A stretch of 62,843 bases of DNA, taken from Octopus sinensis. Lineage: Eukaryota. Shown here one piece after another: positions 41,913 to 57,012 of the stretch. Where the stretch lies: the NCBI RefSeq assembly GCF_006345805.1, contig NW_021832009.1, forward strand, positions 1 to 62,843, in the 5' to 3' direction. Within the stretch, counting starts at the first letter, position 1. Each line of letters opens with the position of its first letter. Both the position numbers and the translations under genes were made by a program. The notes under the pieces are model-generated. The model saw nothing but the letters and a program-made list of their open reading frames with translations, was not told the origin of the DNA and made no database searches.

Positions 41913-42116
41913 TATTATTATTATTATATTATTATTATTATTATTCATTATCATTATTATTATTATAATTATTATTATTATTATATTATTATTTTATTAT
42001 TATTATTATTAATTATTATTATTATTTATTATTATTTATTATTATTATTTTTATTATATTATTATTATCATTATTATTATTTTTATTATTATTATTAAAA
42101 TCATTATTATTAATGC

Positions 42117-42572
42117 GATAGGTAAAATATACGAATCCCAGTATACCAACCATGACCACACGTCGGATAAGAGTACATCAGGCACATGCATCACAACCGT
42201 ATGTGCGCGACATGGTGATCTCATATCTAGATAAACAGCGCATGAACTTGCACAGTTAGAATTTTCTTCAGGACGAATAGCCCATCCCCATTAAAAGGTC
42301 CCTGAATAAGTGTTCTTTAAGGATGTTGAACGAAACACCCAGGTTTCCAACGGTGAATTATCCGAACCCCAAAGAATACCCCTCAACACATGTCTATGAT
42401 GCTCCCCCACTACTTCTGCTCGTGATCAGAGATGCACAAATCGTCAGCCACTAAGGGAATATTTGCTGTAGCCCATCTTTTATACATAGACAAAACAATG
42501 TACATGATAACAATTCCAATCTGTTAAGATCAGAAGACATGAAAGCCACTGCTTGATACTGCATCAGGGCAT
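42117..42572. mobile_element. Unclassified non-coding interspersed element embedded in (TAA)n
   Basis: Complex sequence bounded by (TAT)n. Its left ~110 bp recurs at 53358-53452, also inside (TAT)n. Confidence 0.65.
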
Positions 42573-42604
42573 TTATTGTTGCTATTATTATTATTATTAT
42601 TATT

Positions 42605-42761
<157 letters not shown>

Positions 42762-42813
42762 TATTATTATTATTATTATTTTATTATTATTATTATTATT
42801 ATCATCATCATCA

Positions 42814-42869
<56 letters not shown>

Positions 42870-42870
42870 T

Positions 42871-43860
42871 ACCAACTGAATTGCATTTTATTTCACTTTC
42901 TAAAGGGATCTCAACCAGGAACTTAAGGCAAATATATATTGGATGGAGCGAAACTGACGTAGAATGGTCGCTGTTAATGCCCACACAATGTTTTGAGTTT
43001 CATAGATTGTGGATTTCTCAGGAATATTGTCAAAAAATTTGTCGGTACGTTTCTTGATCATTTCCAGTGTACCTACAACAAAACGGGTGGTTTTGGTTTC
43101 TTCTTCTTCTTCTTCTTCTTCTTGTTTGCATATGCACTCATAGGATTAGATATTTGGATAATAAAAGGTCTTAACATCGGGCTACGGCTGTTTTCTGTAG
43201 TTGTCCTAAACTGGGTTTTATGCCTATTTCCTCTATCAATATGTTTAGATCTTTAGAGATAGTTCCCAATGCACCAACATCTACTGGAATGTATTTTACC
43301 CGCTATTTACCTGCAATTCACTGGCTAGATCAATAGCTGGTACTTTGTTATTTTTTCTATACCTTTCCTATTGATTTTTTTCATGATTTGGAACTGTAAA
43401 TCAATCATCAGGCACTTTCTGGTCTCTTTACATACTACTACAAAATCAGGCCTTCTAGCTTCTATTACTCTTTCAGTTTGATTGCTAAAGTCCCTCAACA
43501 TCTTGCATTTCTTACTTACTAGTACTTTATTAGATTCATGTTCATACCATTTATTAGTGCGTTCAAATCCTAGCTTTTTACATAACCCCCAGTGGTTTAC
43601 TCTCCCTAGGTTGTCATGTCTTGTATTATTTCTGTACCAGCATGCCACATTCACTTACTCTTTGAGTAAACCCATGACCTACTTGCTTTTTGTCTATCTT
43701 GGATTTTATCGAATTAGTCCTTAATGCTTGGACTTATGCAGCTAAAACAAACTTTCTGCCTCCATTTTTAGCTTTTATTTCTGCAACCATAGCTATGTCT
43801 CACTACTACAATTTCCTGCGACTATCTTTAGGAATATACCATGCAACGCCTTCTACTACA
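42871..43860 (-). mobile_element. Dong/R4-clade LINE 3' fragment
   Basis: RHDNLGRVNHWGLCKK..KWYEH..RDFSNQTERVIEARRPDFVVVCK..CLMID and IPVDVGALGTISKDL; 3' UTR ends in (TAA)n. Confidence 0.88.
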
Positions 43861-43910
43861 AGTCAGATAATTGGTTTTTAAATTTGTTTGGGTCTTATTG
43901 TTGTAGTTGC

Positions 43911-43985
<75 letters not shown>

Positions 43986-43987
43986 TA

Positions 43988-44044
<57 letters not shown>

Positions 44045-44046
44045 TT

Positions 44047-44565
44047 CCAACTGAATTGCATTTAATTTCACTTTCTAACCGGATCTCAACCAGGAACTTA
44101 AGGCACATATATATTGGATGGAGCGAAACTGACGTAGAATGGTCGTTTGTTTTAATCGTAGGGACGTTTTATTGTGTTGCTTTTCATAAACTTTCTTCAC
44201 TATTACCTACATAGGAGTCTGTATCTACTCTAGCTAACTCCCTGCAGTCTAATACTGATTTTAACCCTCTTCCGCCTTCCTTTCTACGTAAGTATAACCT
44301 TGCTACTTCTGCCCTTGGGTGGAGTCCTCCATTCATATTGAAATTCTTCCTTGTTCTTCAGTCTAGCTTTGCTAATTCAGCTTTTATTCAATATACAAAA
44401 GCTGCTGAATATCTAAGTGATGACACTGCCCACGTATTTACAGCCTTCACTAAATTTGGACCACTTATCATTGACATCGTTAGCTTCCTCACCCTTCTAG
44501 TGTAATCCTTCTTAATTTTCTTTCTCATTTCTATAGTTAGTACTCTGACAGCTTCCAGCACTGCT
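44047..44565 (-). mobile_element. Dong/R4-clade LINE fragment (post-RT region joined to 3' UTR)
   Basis: YTRRVRKL..NLVKAVNTWAVSSLRYSAA..GGLHPRAEVARLYLRRKEGGRGL. 44047-44150 is nearly identical to 42871-42972. Confidence 0.88.
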
Positions 44566-44624
44566 TTGTTATTATTATTATTTGCATTATTATTATTATT
44601 GTTGGTTGTTGTTGTTGTTATTAC

Positions 44625-44660
<36 letters not shown>

Positions 44661-44679
44661 TATTATTATTATTATTATT

Positions 44680-44805
44680 CTGTTTGACTTTTGCTTTATA
44701 TTTGTACAAGTTGGCTCCAAGTCTCACCCAGAGACCTCAAGAGACAATAGGGTTGGAAGTTCATGTTGTTGTTATGCCTAGTGTGCCATATATTTGGGGG
44801 GTGGG
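44680..44805 (-). mobile_element. Probable Dong/R4 3' UTR stub (another family)
   Basis: Minus strand GAGGTCTCTGGGTGAGACTTGG..AAACAGAATAATAA resembles the 3'-terminal blocks of the neighbouring copies and ends in (TAA)n. Confidence 0.55.
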
Positions 44806-44892
44806 GGTGTTGTACTAATGAATGTCTAAAAAAAAGTTGTTTTTTTTGTTTGTTTTTTTAAACCGAAAATTATGTTTGTTTTAATCCTTGAG

Positions 44893-44985
<93 letters not shown>

Positions 44986-45059
44986 ATTATTATTACTTAA
45001 TCTATCAATGATGCGAACCGCTCCAAGTTAAGAGACCTCCAGTAGCAGCATCTTGGACG

Positions 45060-45430
45060 TATTACTGTAGGGGTTATTTATGCTTAGCAACGATATATTG
45101 TACTGGAAGGAGACCAGAATCTGATAACTTGAATTCTTTGAAATTTATATTTCAGTTCTGAAGGATTTTAATAGGAATCAGGCATTTTAAGCTTGATCCT
45201 ATTTTTCTAAAGATTTGGGCAGTTTCTTAGGGAACAGTAGACATTTTTGTCGTTTTGATGAGTTGGGGATGTCCTGATAGTTGAATTTATTGTTTAAGAG
45301 AGACTTCTCTTGTGGTAAACTAATATCTGATGATAACTGATACACGTATTAGTCTTTGAGGCCATATTTTCAGACCTCTATTTCAAGGCCTTTATATTTA
45401 CTTAACATTCCAATGTCTTTACAAATCTTT
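45060..45430 (-). mobile_element. Old Dong/R4-clade C-terminal fragment
   Basis: Remnants LSKYKGLEIEV and TVPKKLPKSLEKIG, in the same order as in the better-preserved copies. Confidence 0.55.
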
Positions 45431-45696
45431 TGCAGTCTTCTGCATATCTCAGAGCAGATTTATTTATTTTTTTGTCAACGTGATGTTTTTCATAAAACGT
45501 AGTTTATTGGTCTTTATTCCAAGACATATAATAATTATTATCATTACCAAAATTATTATTGCTATTGTTACTGGTAAATGTTCCTTATAATATTAGTATA
45601 ATTGTTGTTGTTGATGTTGTTGTTGTTATTCTTTTTATTATTACCATTAATATATAAGGGGTGGGGTAACTCCTCCTCGATATATAGTCAAAATTA

Positions 45697-45892
45697 AAAG
45701 AAGTGTGCCATTGTTATCTAGTGAAGGGTAATTCGACATCTTGTGTGTCTTCAACTGGTTCAAAAAATAAATTTGCGAAACTACTTCATTTTGATTAATA
45801 TATAAAGGATTCACAAATTTAATTTTTGAACCAGTTGAAGACACACAAGATGTCGAATTATCGTTCACCAGATAAAAATGGCAGTCTTCTTT
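45697..45892. repeat. Inverted repeat, ~83-bp arms, 30-nt spacer
   Basis: 45697-45779 versus 45810-45892; the central block TAATTCGACATCTTGTGTGTCTTCAACTGGTTCAAAAA is perfectly complementary. Confidence 0.9.
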
Positions 45893-45904
45893 AAACGTTG
45901 AATC

Positions 45905-45973
<69 letters not shown>

Positions 45974-46132
45974 GATTATTACTTACATCATCATCATCAT
46001 CTTACAGTAGCGTTATTTTTATCACGATTCCATTACTACACGGCAGTAAATTTTACCCCAAAATTCCTTAAGACTTTCCTTCTTTTCATCCATTTGGACA
46101 TATATTACTGCCTCGAAACATATTTATTCGGG

Positions 46133-46177
<45 letters not shown>

Positions 46178-46353
46178 ATATATATATTTATGTATATATA
46201 TGTATGTGTGTATGTATATATATGTGTGTGTGTGTGTTGTGTGTGTGTATTTACATATGCATACTTGTATACATATATATATATATATACATACATATAT
46301 GCGTCTGCATAAGTATATATATGTATGTGTATATACATATACATATATATGTT

Positions 46354-46395
<42 letters not shown>

Positions 46396-46531
46396 ACATA
46401 TATATATATGAGTTGTGTATATAATATTTGTGTGTGCGTAGTTATCTATGTATATGTAAATAAATATTTATCAATATTGATTTCTACATTTACACATATG
46501 TTTGTGTGCAGTTACAATTAAATCTATATGA

Positions 46532-46586
<55 letters not shown>

Positions 46587-47211
46587 TTTGTGTGTGTGTG
46601 CTTGTGTGTCTGTGTGAGTGTGAGTTTCTGTGTGTGTGCATGTGTGTGTATGTACGTCTTTGTGTCTCTGTGTGTTTGTTTCTCTGATTCTGTGCGGACA
46701 TACATACATACATAAATACATGCGCACGCATAGAGGGACGCATACGCTTTTGTGACAGTGTATGCCATTCGTAGAATTCATTCATTATATTTTTTCCTTG
46801 AAATTTTTTTTGTTTAAAATGAAATGAATATAATTAACAAAATTTCACTACTGAACCAATTCCAAAAATAACTCAAAGATTTCAATAACAGCAACAACAA
46901 TAACAAGAAGATGAGATATATAACACAGAAGAATATAATGGTAATACATAAAAACGAACGGGATAAAAACAAAAACAATAATACTAATAACATTAAAATA
47001 AATAATGGGGTGTATGAATGCAATTCAAAATTAATAAGATGTGTGTTATGGTGGTGGAAATTAAAGGGGGACGGATGAGGAAAATAAGGCTGCATCTTTA
47101 TATGTGTACATAGATATGTATATATATATAGTGCGCGAGTGCTTTTGTCTATATATATGTGTGTTTGTGTGTATGTGTTTGTGCGTCTGTCTGTCTGTAT
47201 AAATATACATA

Positions 47212-47249
<38 letters not shown>

Positions 47250-47326
47250 AGTGTATGTGTATATGTAGATATATGTGTACATATACGTGTACATATACAT
47301 ATATAGCTATATATATATAGATATGC

Positions 47327-47394
<68 letters not shown>

Positions 47395-47515
47395 ATATAG
47401 GGTGTGCGTTGTAAAGAAAACATATATGTGTATTTTGATATATATGTATATAAGTTAGTGCTTATATACATATATATATTATATATATATATATAATATA
47501 TATATATATATATAA

Positions 47516-47573
<58 letters not shown>

Positions 47574-48126
47574 ATGAGTGTGTGGTATAGAGAGAAAGAT
47601 AGAGTGATAGACAGAGAGAAAAATAGATATATGTACATATTTGTATACATCTATAAAAACAACTGAAGAAACATACGCGCAGAAACATATTTGTGTGTAT
47701 GTTGATATATATTTTTATATACCTACGTAGATATACACACCTACATAAACAACTCACCGAAGAGAAGGGAAATGTTTGCATCCTATTGTAGGCAGTGTAT
47801 GATGGGCGGAATGTAATAATGCGCTTGTTGTTGTAGAGGTTTTGTTTATTGTTTGTGTTGGTGGTGGTTGTTCTGGTATTATTAGTAATATTTTTGTGAG
47901 TTCTGTTGGTTCTGCGAGATATGGTAGTGGTGTGGAGTTTGTTATAGTTATGCCAGTAAAGTTTACATCGAAGAAAAATGAGTAAATAGCACGGAATTCA
48001 GAAATAAGCGAAAACATAATTGAAAAAAAAAAGAAAAACCTCTTGTCCTCACATATATACACATCTACATACATATACATATACATCATTACGTACATAC
48101 ACACACAATAATATATATGTATATAT

Positions 48127-48176
<50 letters not shown>

Positions 48177-48283
48177 ATATATATTATATATATATATATA
48201 TACATACAGATATATATATAGAGAGATAGATATACATATATACATACACACACATATATATATAATGAATATATATGTATATA

Positions 48284-48336
<53 letters not shown>

Positions 48337-48369
48337 TCTGTATATATGTGTGTATGTATATATATGTAT

Positions 48370-48403
<34 letters not shown>

Positions 48404-48487
48404 GTACACACATATATGTACATATGTTTTCATATGCTTATTGATACGTGTGTGTGCGTGTATATGTGTGTAAATGAGTGTATATCA

Positions 48488-48563
<76 letters not shown>

Positions 48564-48944
48564 CAAGAAGGCAAATAATAGCAAAAACAACAAGAGGAAC
48601 TCTATAAAAATGAAAAAAATGAATATAAAATAACATAAGAAGAACCTGATATAAGGATATAACGAGTACGTATGTTCTAGGACGGAAATGGTTGTTGTTA
48701 TTGTTTGGCGTTGTTTATGTTATTTTCAAAGAATATCCTTATATAGCTTCTTGAAGAAGAAAACAAATATAAGACAACACAAGAGGAAGAAAAGAAAAAA
48801 ACCAGAAATGTAAACAAAACAAAAACAAACTGCAATAACGATAACACGAAAGCAAGAACAATAAAAAAGCTATATCGTCACAATGTCTTTCTTATATTAG
48901 ACTAAATATTAAGAAAAAAATCACCTCTCCTTATGTATATATAG

Positions 48945-48981
<37 letters not shown>

Positions 48982-49570
48982 TATACATATATATACATAT
49001 ATATATATATACATATCTATATATATGTACATATACATATATTTATCTATATATACATATATATTTATACATAGTTATACGTATATATATATTATATATA
49101 TACACACAAAAATCTAAAGATATATATAGATATATTTACATATATAAGTATGTGTGTATATATATATATGTATATATATATGATATATATATAATATTTC
49201 ATATATATATATATATATAAATGTAGGCAGAGTTAGAGGTTGAAAGAGTGATTCATATTTGTTTTTGTGTCCTTCATTTTGATTTTGTCATTTTGATATT
49301 TTGTTGTTTTTTCAATGTGAGAGTTTTTCCCTACTTTTCTTTAATATATCGAACTCTATCAGAGTTGTATGTCTTCCCTTTAGCAGTGCGTAGTATCTCC
49401 TCTTATATTTATTTTGGTCTGTCAGAATCCGTGACAGTAGCTCTGAATCTGATCGTAGTATATTAGTTCCTACGGGCACTTATACTAGCCATGGTCAAAA
49501 TTCATCGAACTAGTGCTATTTCTCCCACCCTCTTCTGCAGTGCAAGAAAAAAAGAAATATATATATTTAT

Positions 49571-49752
49571 ATCGTCAATTCAAAAAACTCAGAGAAAAAT
49601 AAAAAATGACTAAAACGTGAGGACGTAGCATAAGCAATGTATTAACAACGCGCTCAGAGAAAGAAAAGAGTAGTAGTTTTACGTTTCAAGCTCAGCTCCT
49701 CTTCGGAAAGAGGAAAAACAGCTAAGTCTAAGAAGGTGGAAAAAATGCCAAT
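49571..49752 (-). mobile_element. Short PLE-derived element, hammerhead family H2 (copy E)
   Basis: Fold at 49676-49710, CTTT-CCGAAGA-G-GAGC(TGA)GCTT-GAAA-C-GTA-AAAC, followed by CTGAGCG..TAATAC. TA repeats on both sides. Confidence 0.6.
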
Positions 49753-49887
49753 ATATATACACACACATACACACACCCAAACAGACGCACACACACATAC
49801 ATATATCGTTATATTTCTAGAATGTTTTGTGCTTTTACCAAATAAATTTACGCACTATATACTCGTTCTTTATTCATTTATTATTGT

Positions 49888-50158
49888 ACGATCGTAAGGT
49901 TGTGAGCTCGAATCCCGGACCGGGCTGCGTGTTGTGTTCTCGAGCAAGGCACTTTATTTCACGTTGCTCCAGTTCACTCAGCTGTAGAAATGAGTTGCGA
50001 CGTCACAGGTGCCAAGCTGTATCGACCTTTGTCTTTCCCTTGGATAACACTGGTGGCGTGGAGAGGGGAGGCTGGTATGCATGGGCGACTGCTGGTCTTC
50101 CATAAACAACCTTGCCCGGACTTGTGTCTAGGAGGGTAACTTTCTAGGTGCAATCCCA
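49888..50158 (+). mobile_element. tRNA-derived SINE group D (V-domain-like), 5'-truncated
   Basis: B-box-like GAGCTCGAATCCC, then GTGTTGTGTTCTCGAGCAAGGCACTTTA..CACTCAGCTGTAGAAATGAGT. Confidence 0.7.
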
Positions 50159-50966
50159 TTGTTCTTATTTTATCTCATGTCCCTTGCCTGGAAGGTTTTC
50201 GTCACGCGCCTGAGACTTCTTCAGCGTCTCTTCCATCCGATGTTTATCCTCCTATTCTGTTTAGTCCATTCTGTCTGTTCGTGGTGTGTATCCTTATCTG
50301 CGCATGCGTTTGCGTCTGTATCTGCGTGTGTTGGGGAAGGGGAATTTTGCGTGTATGTACGCGTGTCTATGTGTTTCGTATGTGTGCTTTGTGTATTGGA
50401 TTTGCTCACTAAATGGATGTCATTATTATCATCATCATCATCGTTATCGTGACTCCCGAATGTGTGGGTAGTGGGTTAGTCCCTGTAACCTTACATATCC
50501 ACAAATTTGTAATCAGCCCTCCAATGCTCAAAACGCTTTTGATAGACTTTCCTGACACTAAAAGACAAGCATCCTGCAATCTTCATTATCCTTTTGCCTG
50601 TGTCAACACTCATATTTCTTACTGCAGTGAATATAACAGGTACAAACTTTATACACTACATTATCCATATCGTTGAAATCTCAAATTTTATTGTATTTTA
50701 TTGTTTAAAAACTTTTTGTCTGCTTTCTTCACAATCTTAGTATGAAAGATATATGACTTCATCAACATTCTGTGACGGATTTTAATTTTCTTAATTTTCT
50801 TCTTTTCTTACCTCTTAATTCCTTGGTACTACTACTGTTGCTCCGTACCCTTCCTTTTCATTTTCTATTCTCCTCTCAATCTTTCTAACCTTTAATTCCG
50901 TAATGTAAACATCTGTACGAAGTGCCCTTGCATACTTTAATAATCGTTGGGCGAAAACTTCAAACA

Positions 50967-51392
50967 GGCGCAGGAGTGGCTTTGTGTAAGTAGCTTGCTA
51001 ACCAACTACATGGTTCCGGGTTCAGTCCCACTGCGTGGCATCTTGGGCAAGTGTCTTCTGCTATAGCCCCGGGCCGACCAAAACCTTCTGAGTAGATTTG
51101 GTAGACGGAAACTGAAAGAAGCCTGTCGTATATATGTATATATATATAAGTGTGTGTGTATATGTTTGTGTGTCTGTGTTTGTCCCCCTAGCATTGCTTG
51201 ACAACCGATGCTGGTGTGTTTATGTCCCCGTCACTTAGCGGTTCGGCAAAAGAGACCGAGAGAATAAGTACTGGGCTTACAAAGAATAAGTCCCGGGGGT
51301 CGATTTGCTCGACTTAAGGCGGTGCTCCAGCATGGCCGCAGTCAAATGACTGAAACAAGTAAAAGAGTAAAAGAGTAAAAGAGTAAAGAGTA
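50967..51392 (+). mobile_element. tRNA-derived SINE group A, full length
   Basis: A/B-box head, CORE-like TTGGGCAAGTGTCTT, internal (TA)/(TG), (AAAAGAGT)n tail. Confidence 0.93.
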
Positions 51393-51899
51393 ATCCCTTT
51401 GCACCCTATATCTTCAGTCATTTCATGAAACCTATTCACTTCGGCTCACTTCTCAAGCAACATTCAGTCATACTCTGGTTTATCTCTTTTTTTTTCCAGT
51501 TTATATTTCTCCCGTTGCACTTTTAGTTTTAACCTTGATCGTGATCAGTATCTTGTTAACAACCTGCCGCAGCTTTATCACAAACGCCAGAATTACCATG
51601 GGTGATTCCTTGACTGTTGACAGTCTGTCTTCGTTAACGTAGTTATTTCGATTATTGGAATTTGACATTTTCACTCATTTTGAGGTGGCATTCAAAATGT
51701 GCAATCTACCAGAATATTGCCAACCGAGTCTTCGGGAGTCGACATCAATCTCCAAGTACAGAATATTCCATAACTGTAACACTCATGAGTTCCTCCGCCA
51801 TCGACTGATCATGGGTTTTATCAGGCAGATTGTCAATCATCATCTTCCTCACCAAAAAGGCTTTGTGGGATTGCGACTCAAGTCGCCTACGACTCGACC

Positions 51900-53320
<1,421 letters not shown>

Positions 53321-53452
53321 GAGTGAGAGAGCAGTGCATGCCATCAAAGTGACACTGGGGTAAAATATAGGAAGCCTAGTATACCCATCATGACTACCTG
53401 TCTGATAAGGGCACATGCATCACAACCAAATGTGCGCGACATGGTGATCTCA
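53321..53452. mobile_element. Terminal fragment of the (TAA)n-embedded element family seen at 42117-42572
   Basis: Shares GGTAAAATAT..CAGTATACC..CATGAC..GGCACATGCATCACAACC..TGTGCGCGACATGGTGATCTCATAT. Confidence 0.75.
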
Positions 53453-53513
<61 letters not shown>

Positions 53514-53974
53514 GTTGTTGTTATCATTATTTTGAAATTAGTTGCAGCATTCTCTCGCCAACGCTACAATCTTGTTAACCCCTCCGTCACTATGCTCAGA
53601 ATAGCGCAAAAGGACAAGTGCCTTTTTTTGTTGTTGTTGCTATTTAATGATGGTGATGATGAGGAGGAGGAATAGGAGGATGAGGAAGAGGAGGAGGATG
53701 TTGCTTTCGTATGCTGAAAGAAAAGAACACGTTCATGATAGGTATGCGGAGAATATCCATTTGAACCAGATTGAAGTAGAGTGAAAGGTTTGAAATATTC
53801 TCAAGACAAACATTAATTTTGTTTCAGATAACGGTGAAGATACGCAAACGAACGCATACTGATCCGTAAGCCAAACTAACTCAATGAAATAAGAAAGAAT
53901 AAAATGTTTCATAACGGAGTCCGGTAAAACATTAACATCGTTCAGTATAGTATGTAACAACGAAAACAACGACG

Positions 53975-54021
53975 ATGTTGTTGTTACTGCTGCTGCTGCT
54001 GCTACTACTACTGCTGCTGCA

Positions 54022-54074
<53 letters not shown>

Positions 54075-54135
54075 AACTACTACTGCTGCTGCTGCTGCTC
54101 AGCTCCTGCAGCTACTACTACTACTACTACAGCTG

Positions 54136-54181
<46 letters not shown>

Positions 54182-54539
54182 CACCACTACTACTACTACT
54201 GCTGCTGCTGCCACTACTACTACTACTACTATACTACTACTACTACTACTACTAGTACTACTACTACTAATACTGCTGCTGCTGCTACTACTACTACTAC
54301 TTACTACTTTTGTTGCTAAGGGTGCTACCGCTGTTGCTGCTGCTATTGCTATTAGTTCTGCTGCTGCAGCTGCTGCACATAATGATGATGATTATGAAGA
54401 TGATGGATGTGGTTGGTGGGTGGGGTGGGGGTGATGATGATGATGATGTTGATGAAGATGATGATGATAAGGATGATGATGATGAGGAGGAGGAGGATGG
54501 CGTAGAAAGTATTCATGGAACTAATAATATTAATAATAG

Positions 54540-54576
<37 letters not shown>

Positions 54577-54597
54577 AATAATAATAATAATAATAAT

Positions 54598-54670
<73 letters not shown>

Positions 54671-54790
54671 TAATAATAATAATAGTAATAATAATAATAA
54701 TAGTAACAACAACAACAACAACAGCAGCTGAAGCAACAATAATGATAAATCATGATAATGAAAATAATAACAATAATAATAATAATAATA
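53975..54790. repeat. Compound trinucleotide microsatellite (CTG/CTA/CCA/GAT/AAT/AAC)
   Basis: Directly visible runs. Confidence 0.9.
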
Positions 54791-55137
54791 CCAATAAAAA
54801 CATATATAATATATAGGTGTATTATGTGTAAGAGTAACGTTATTAATTTTTGTTTATTTGCAAAGAGATACTATATATTTTTCTGGCAAACAAAAAGTTT
54901 AATACACAAAACGCCTCTCCGCCATGTTCGTTCACTCTGATGTTGTATGTATATATATGCCACCATGATGAAAACCTGTGATGTGAGCCTGTGTTAAACA
55001 GATGCCATATACTTTCCGACCATTATAACGCGGTAACATCAAACATTTGCCTTGTTTATTATTCCGAATCGTCCTCCTTAATATGTTCTCTCTCTGCCAT
55101 ATTTTATTTTCTCTGATACACACGCGCTCTCTCACTT

Positions 55138-55169
<32 letters not shown>

Positions 55170-55285
55170 TCTTGCTTTATTTTGTTTTTCGTTCATATTC
55201 TGCTAATGTGTGTGAGACTGTGTGTTTGTGTATGGAAGAGAAATACTATATAGACATACATAGATACATACATGCATAAATACAT

Positions 55286-55327
<42 letters not shown>

Positions 55328-55492
55328 TTCGCTTCCATACACACACACACACAGAGGCACACATGTAGGCATATTCATATATATATATATATATACGTAT
55401 ATTAGAATATACGTACACAGAATAGCACACAGTCGTTGAAACACAGATCTATGTTCACATATACGTGTATGTTTATGTATATGTGAATATAT

Positions 55493-55527
<35 letters not shown>

Positions 55528-55547
55528 ATATATATATATATATACAT

Positions 55548-55597
<50 letters not shown>

Positions 55598-55621
55598 TAT
55601 ATGTAAACATATCTGTATATG

Positions 55622-55665
<44 letters not shown>

Positions 55666-56539
55666 CATACATTTATATTTACACACACTTCTACACACAC
55701 ACACACGCACATATATATATATAATTATACGTATAAACACTTTCAAGCATGCATATATGTATGAATGACTATACGTATCTAGTGATATGAGAAATATTTG
55801 TAGTGAAAGTCTATACTGAAATTCATCTTTACAAACAGCAGAGGGAAGAACGAGTGAGTAAGAAAAAGATAGAAAAGTGTGTACGCGATTGATAGAGAGA
55901 CACAGACAAAAAGGAGAAAGTTTGAGAGAGAGAGGAGAGAGAGAGCGAGAGTGAGAGAGAGAGAGCGAAAGGGGAGAAAATGAAAGAGAGACAGGGAGAC
56001 GGAGTTACTTAGATCTACCTTATAAAATTTTAGCCAAGTGAGCTGAGCAATCTAAAAGCCTTCTTACGTCAATATCGAAGGTATCCCCTGTGGAACATTG
56101 CAAATAGCCTTGATTGACGTGTTCGCTTGCCACCAATAATCGCTCACCATCCAGTGAAGCCAGCTACGGAATAAATGTGCTCACAAAGAGGACATTCCTA
56201 GGTGCACATAATTAAAAGTAATTTAGTGATGGAGCTATTTCCACAATATCAATGCGCATTGATTGCTGAGCTTAAGTGAAACAGTGTTGGATATTAATCA
56301 AAATGACCGTTTTTATTGTTCTCGACTCTTCAGCTTGATCGCTTTCAAACGTTAAAAGCACCTCAGCACACTATATGTTAATTTTGCAGTAAATTATATA
56401 TACAACGAATGATTTGAGGGTATAATGCACATCTCATATATGCAAACGTGTTAATGCTGAGAGAAAGAGAGAGAGGAAATGGAAAGAGAAAAAGAAAGAG
56501 AAAAAGAGTGAGGGAGAGAGAAATGGAGAAAGACAGAGA

Positions 56540-56607
56540 GAGAGAGAAAGAAATACAGAACATATTACAGATTAAGAGAACAGGACAGAGATACAGAGAA
56601 AATAGTA

Positions 56608-56639
<32 letters not shown>

Positions 56640-57012
56640 TGAGGGAGAAGAGGAGAGTCAAATGAGAGTAAGAAAGTAAGAGGGAGAGAAAAAGTAGGTG
56701 AAAAACGGAAGGAGAGAGAGAGAGAGACAGAAGGAGAGGGAGATAGAAGGAGAGAGAGATAAAAGGAGAGAGAGAGAAAGAAATATAGAACATACTACAG
56801 ATTAAGAGAACAGGACAGAGGTACAGAGAAAATAGTAAGAGAGAGAAAGAGAGAGAGTGAGAGAGAAGAGGAGAGACAAATGAGAGTAAGAAAGTAAGAG
56901 GGAGAGAAAAAGTAGGTGAGAAACGGAAGGAGAGAGAGATAGAGAGAGTCAGGAGGAGAGAGAGATAGAAGGAGAGAGAGAGATAAAAGGAGAGGGAGAG
57001 AAAGAAATACAG
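56540..57012. repeat. ~230-bp purine-rich tandem duplication
   Basis: AGAACATA.TACAGATTAAGAGAACAGGACAGAG..AAATGAGAGTAAGAAAGTAAGAGGGAGAGAAAAAGTAGGTG occurs twice, and a third unit starts near 57000. Confidence 0.9.

Noticed and set aside
51655-51899. Possible Tx1/L1 C-terminal remnant on the minus strand (..AHFECHLKM..)
   Set aside because: Too decayed to support without a profile search.
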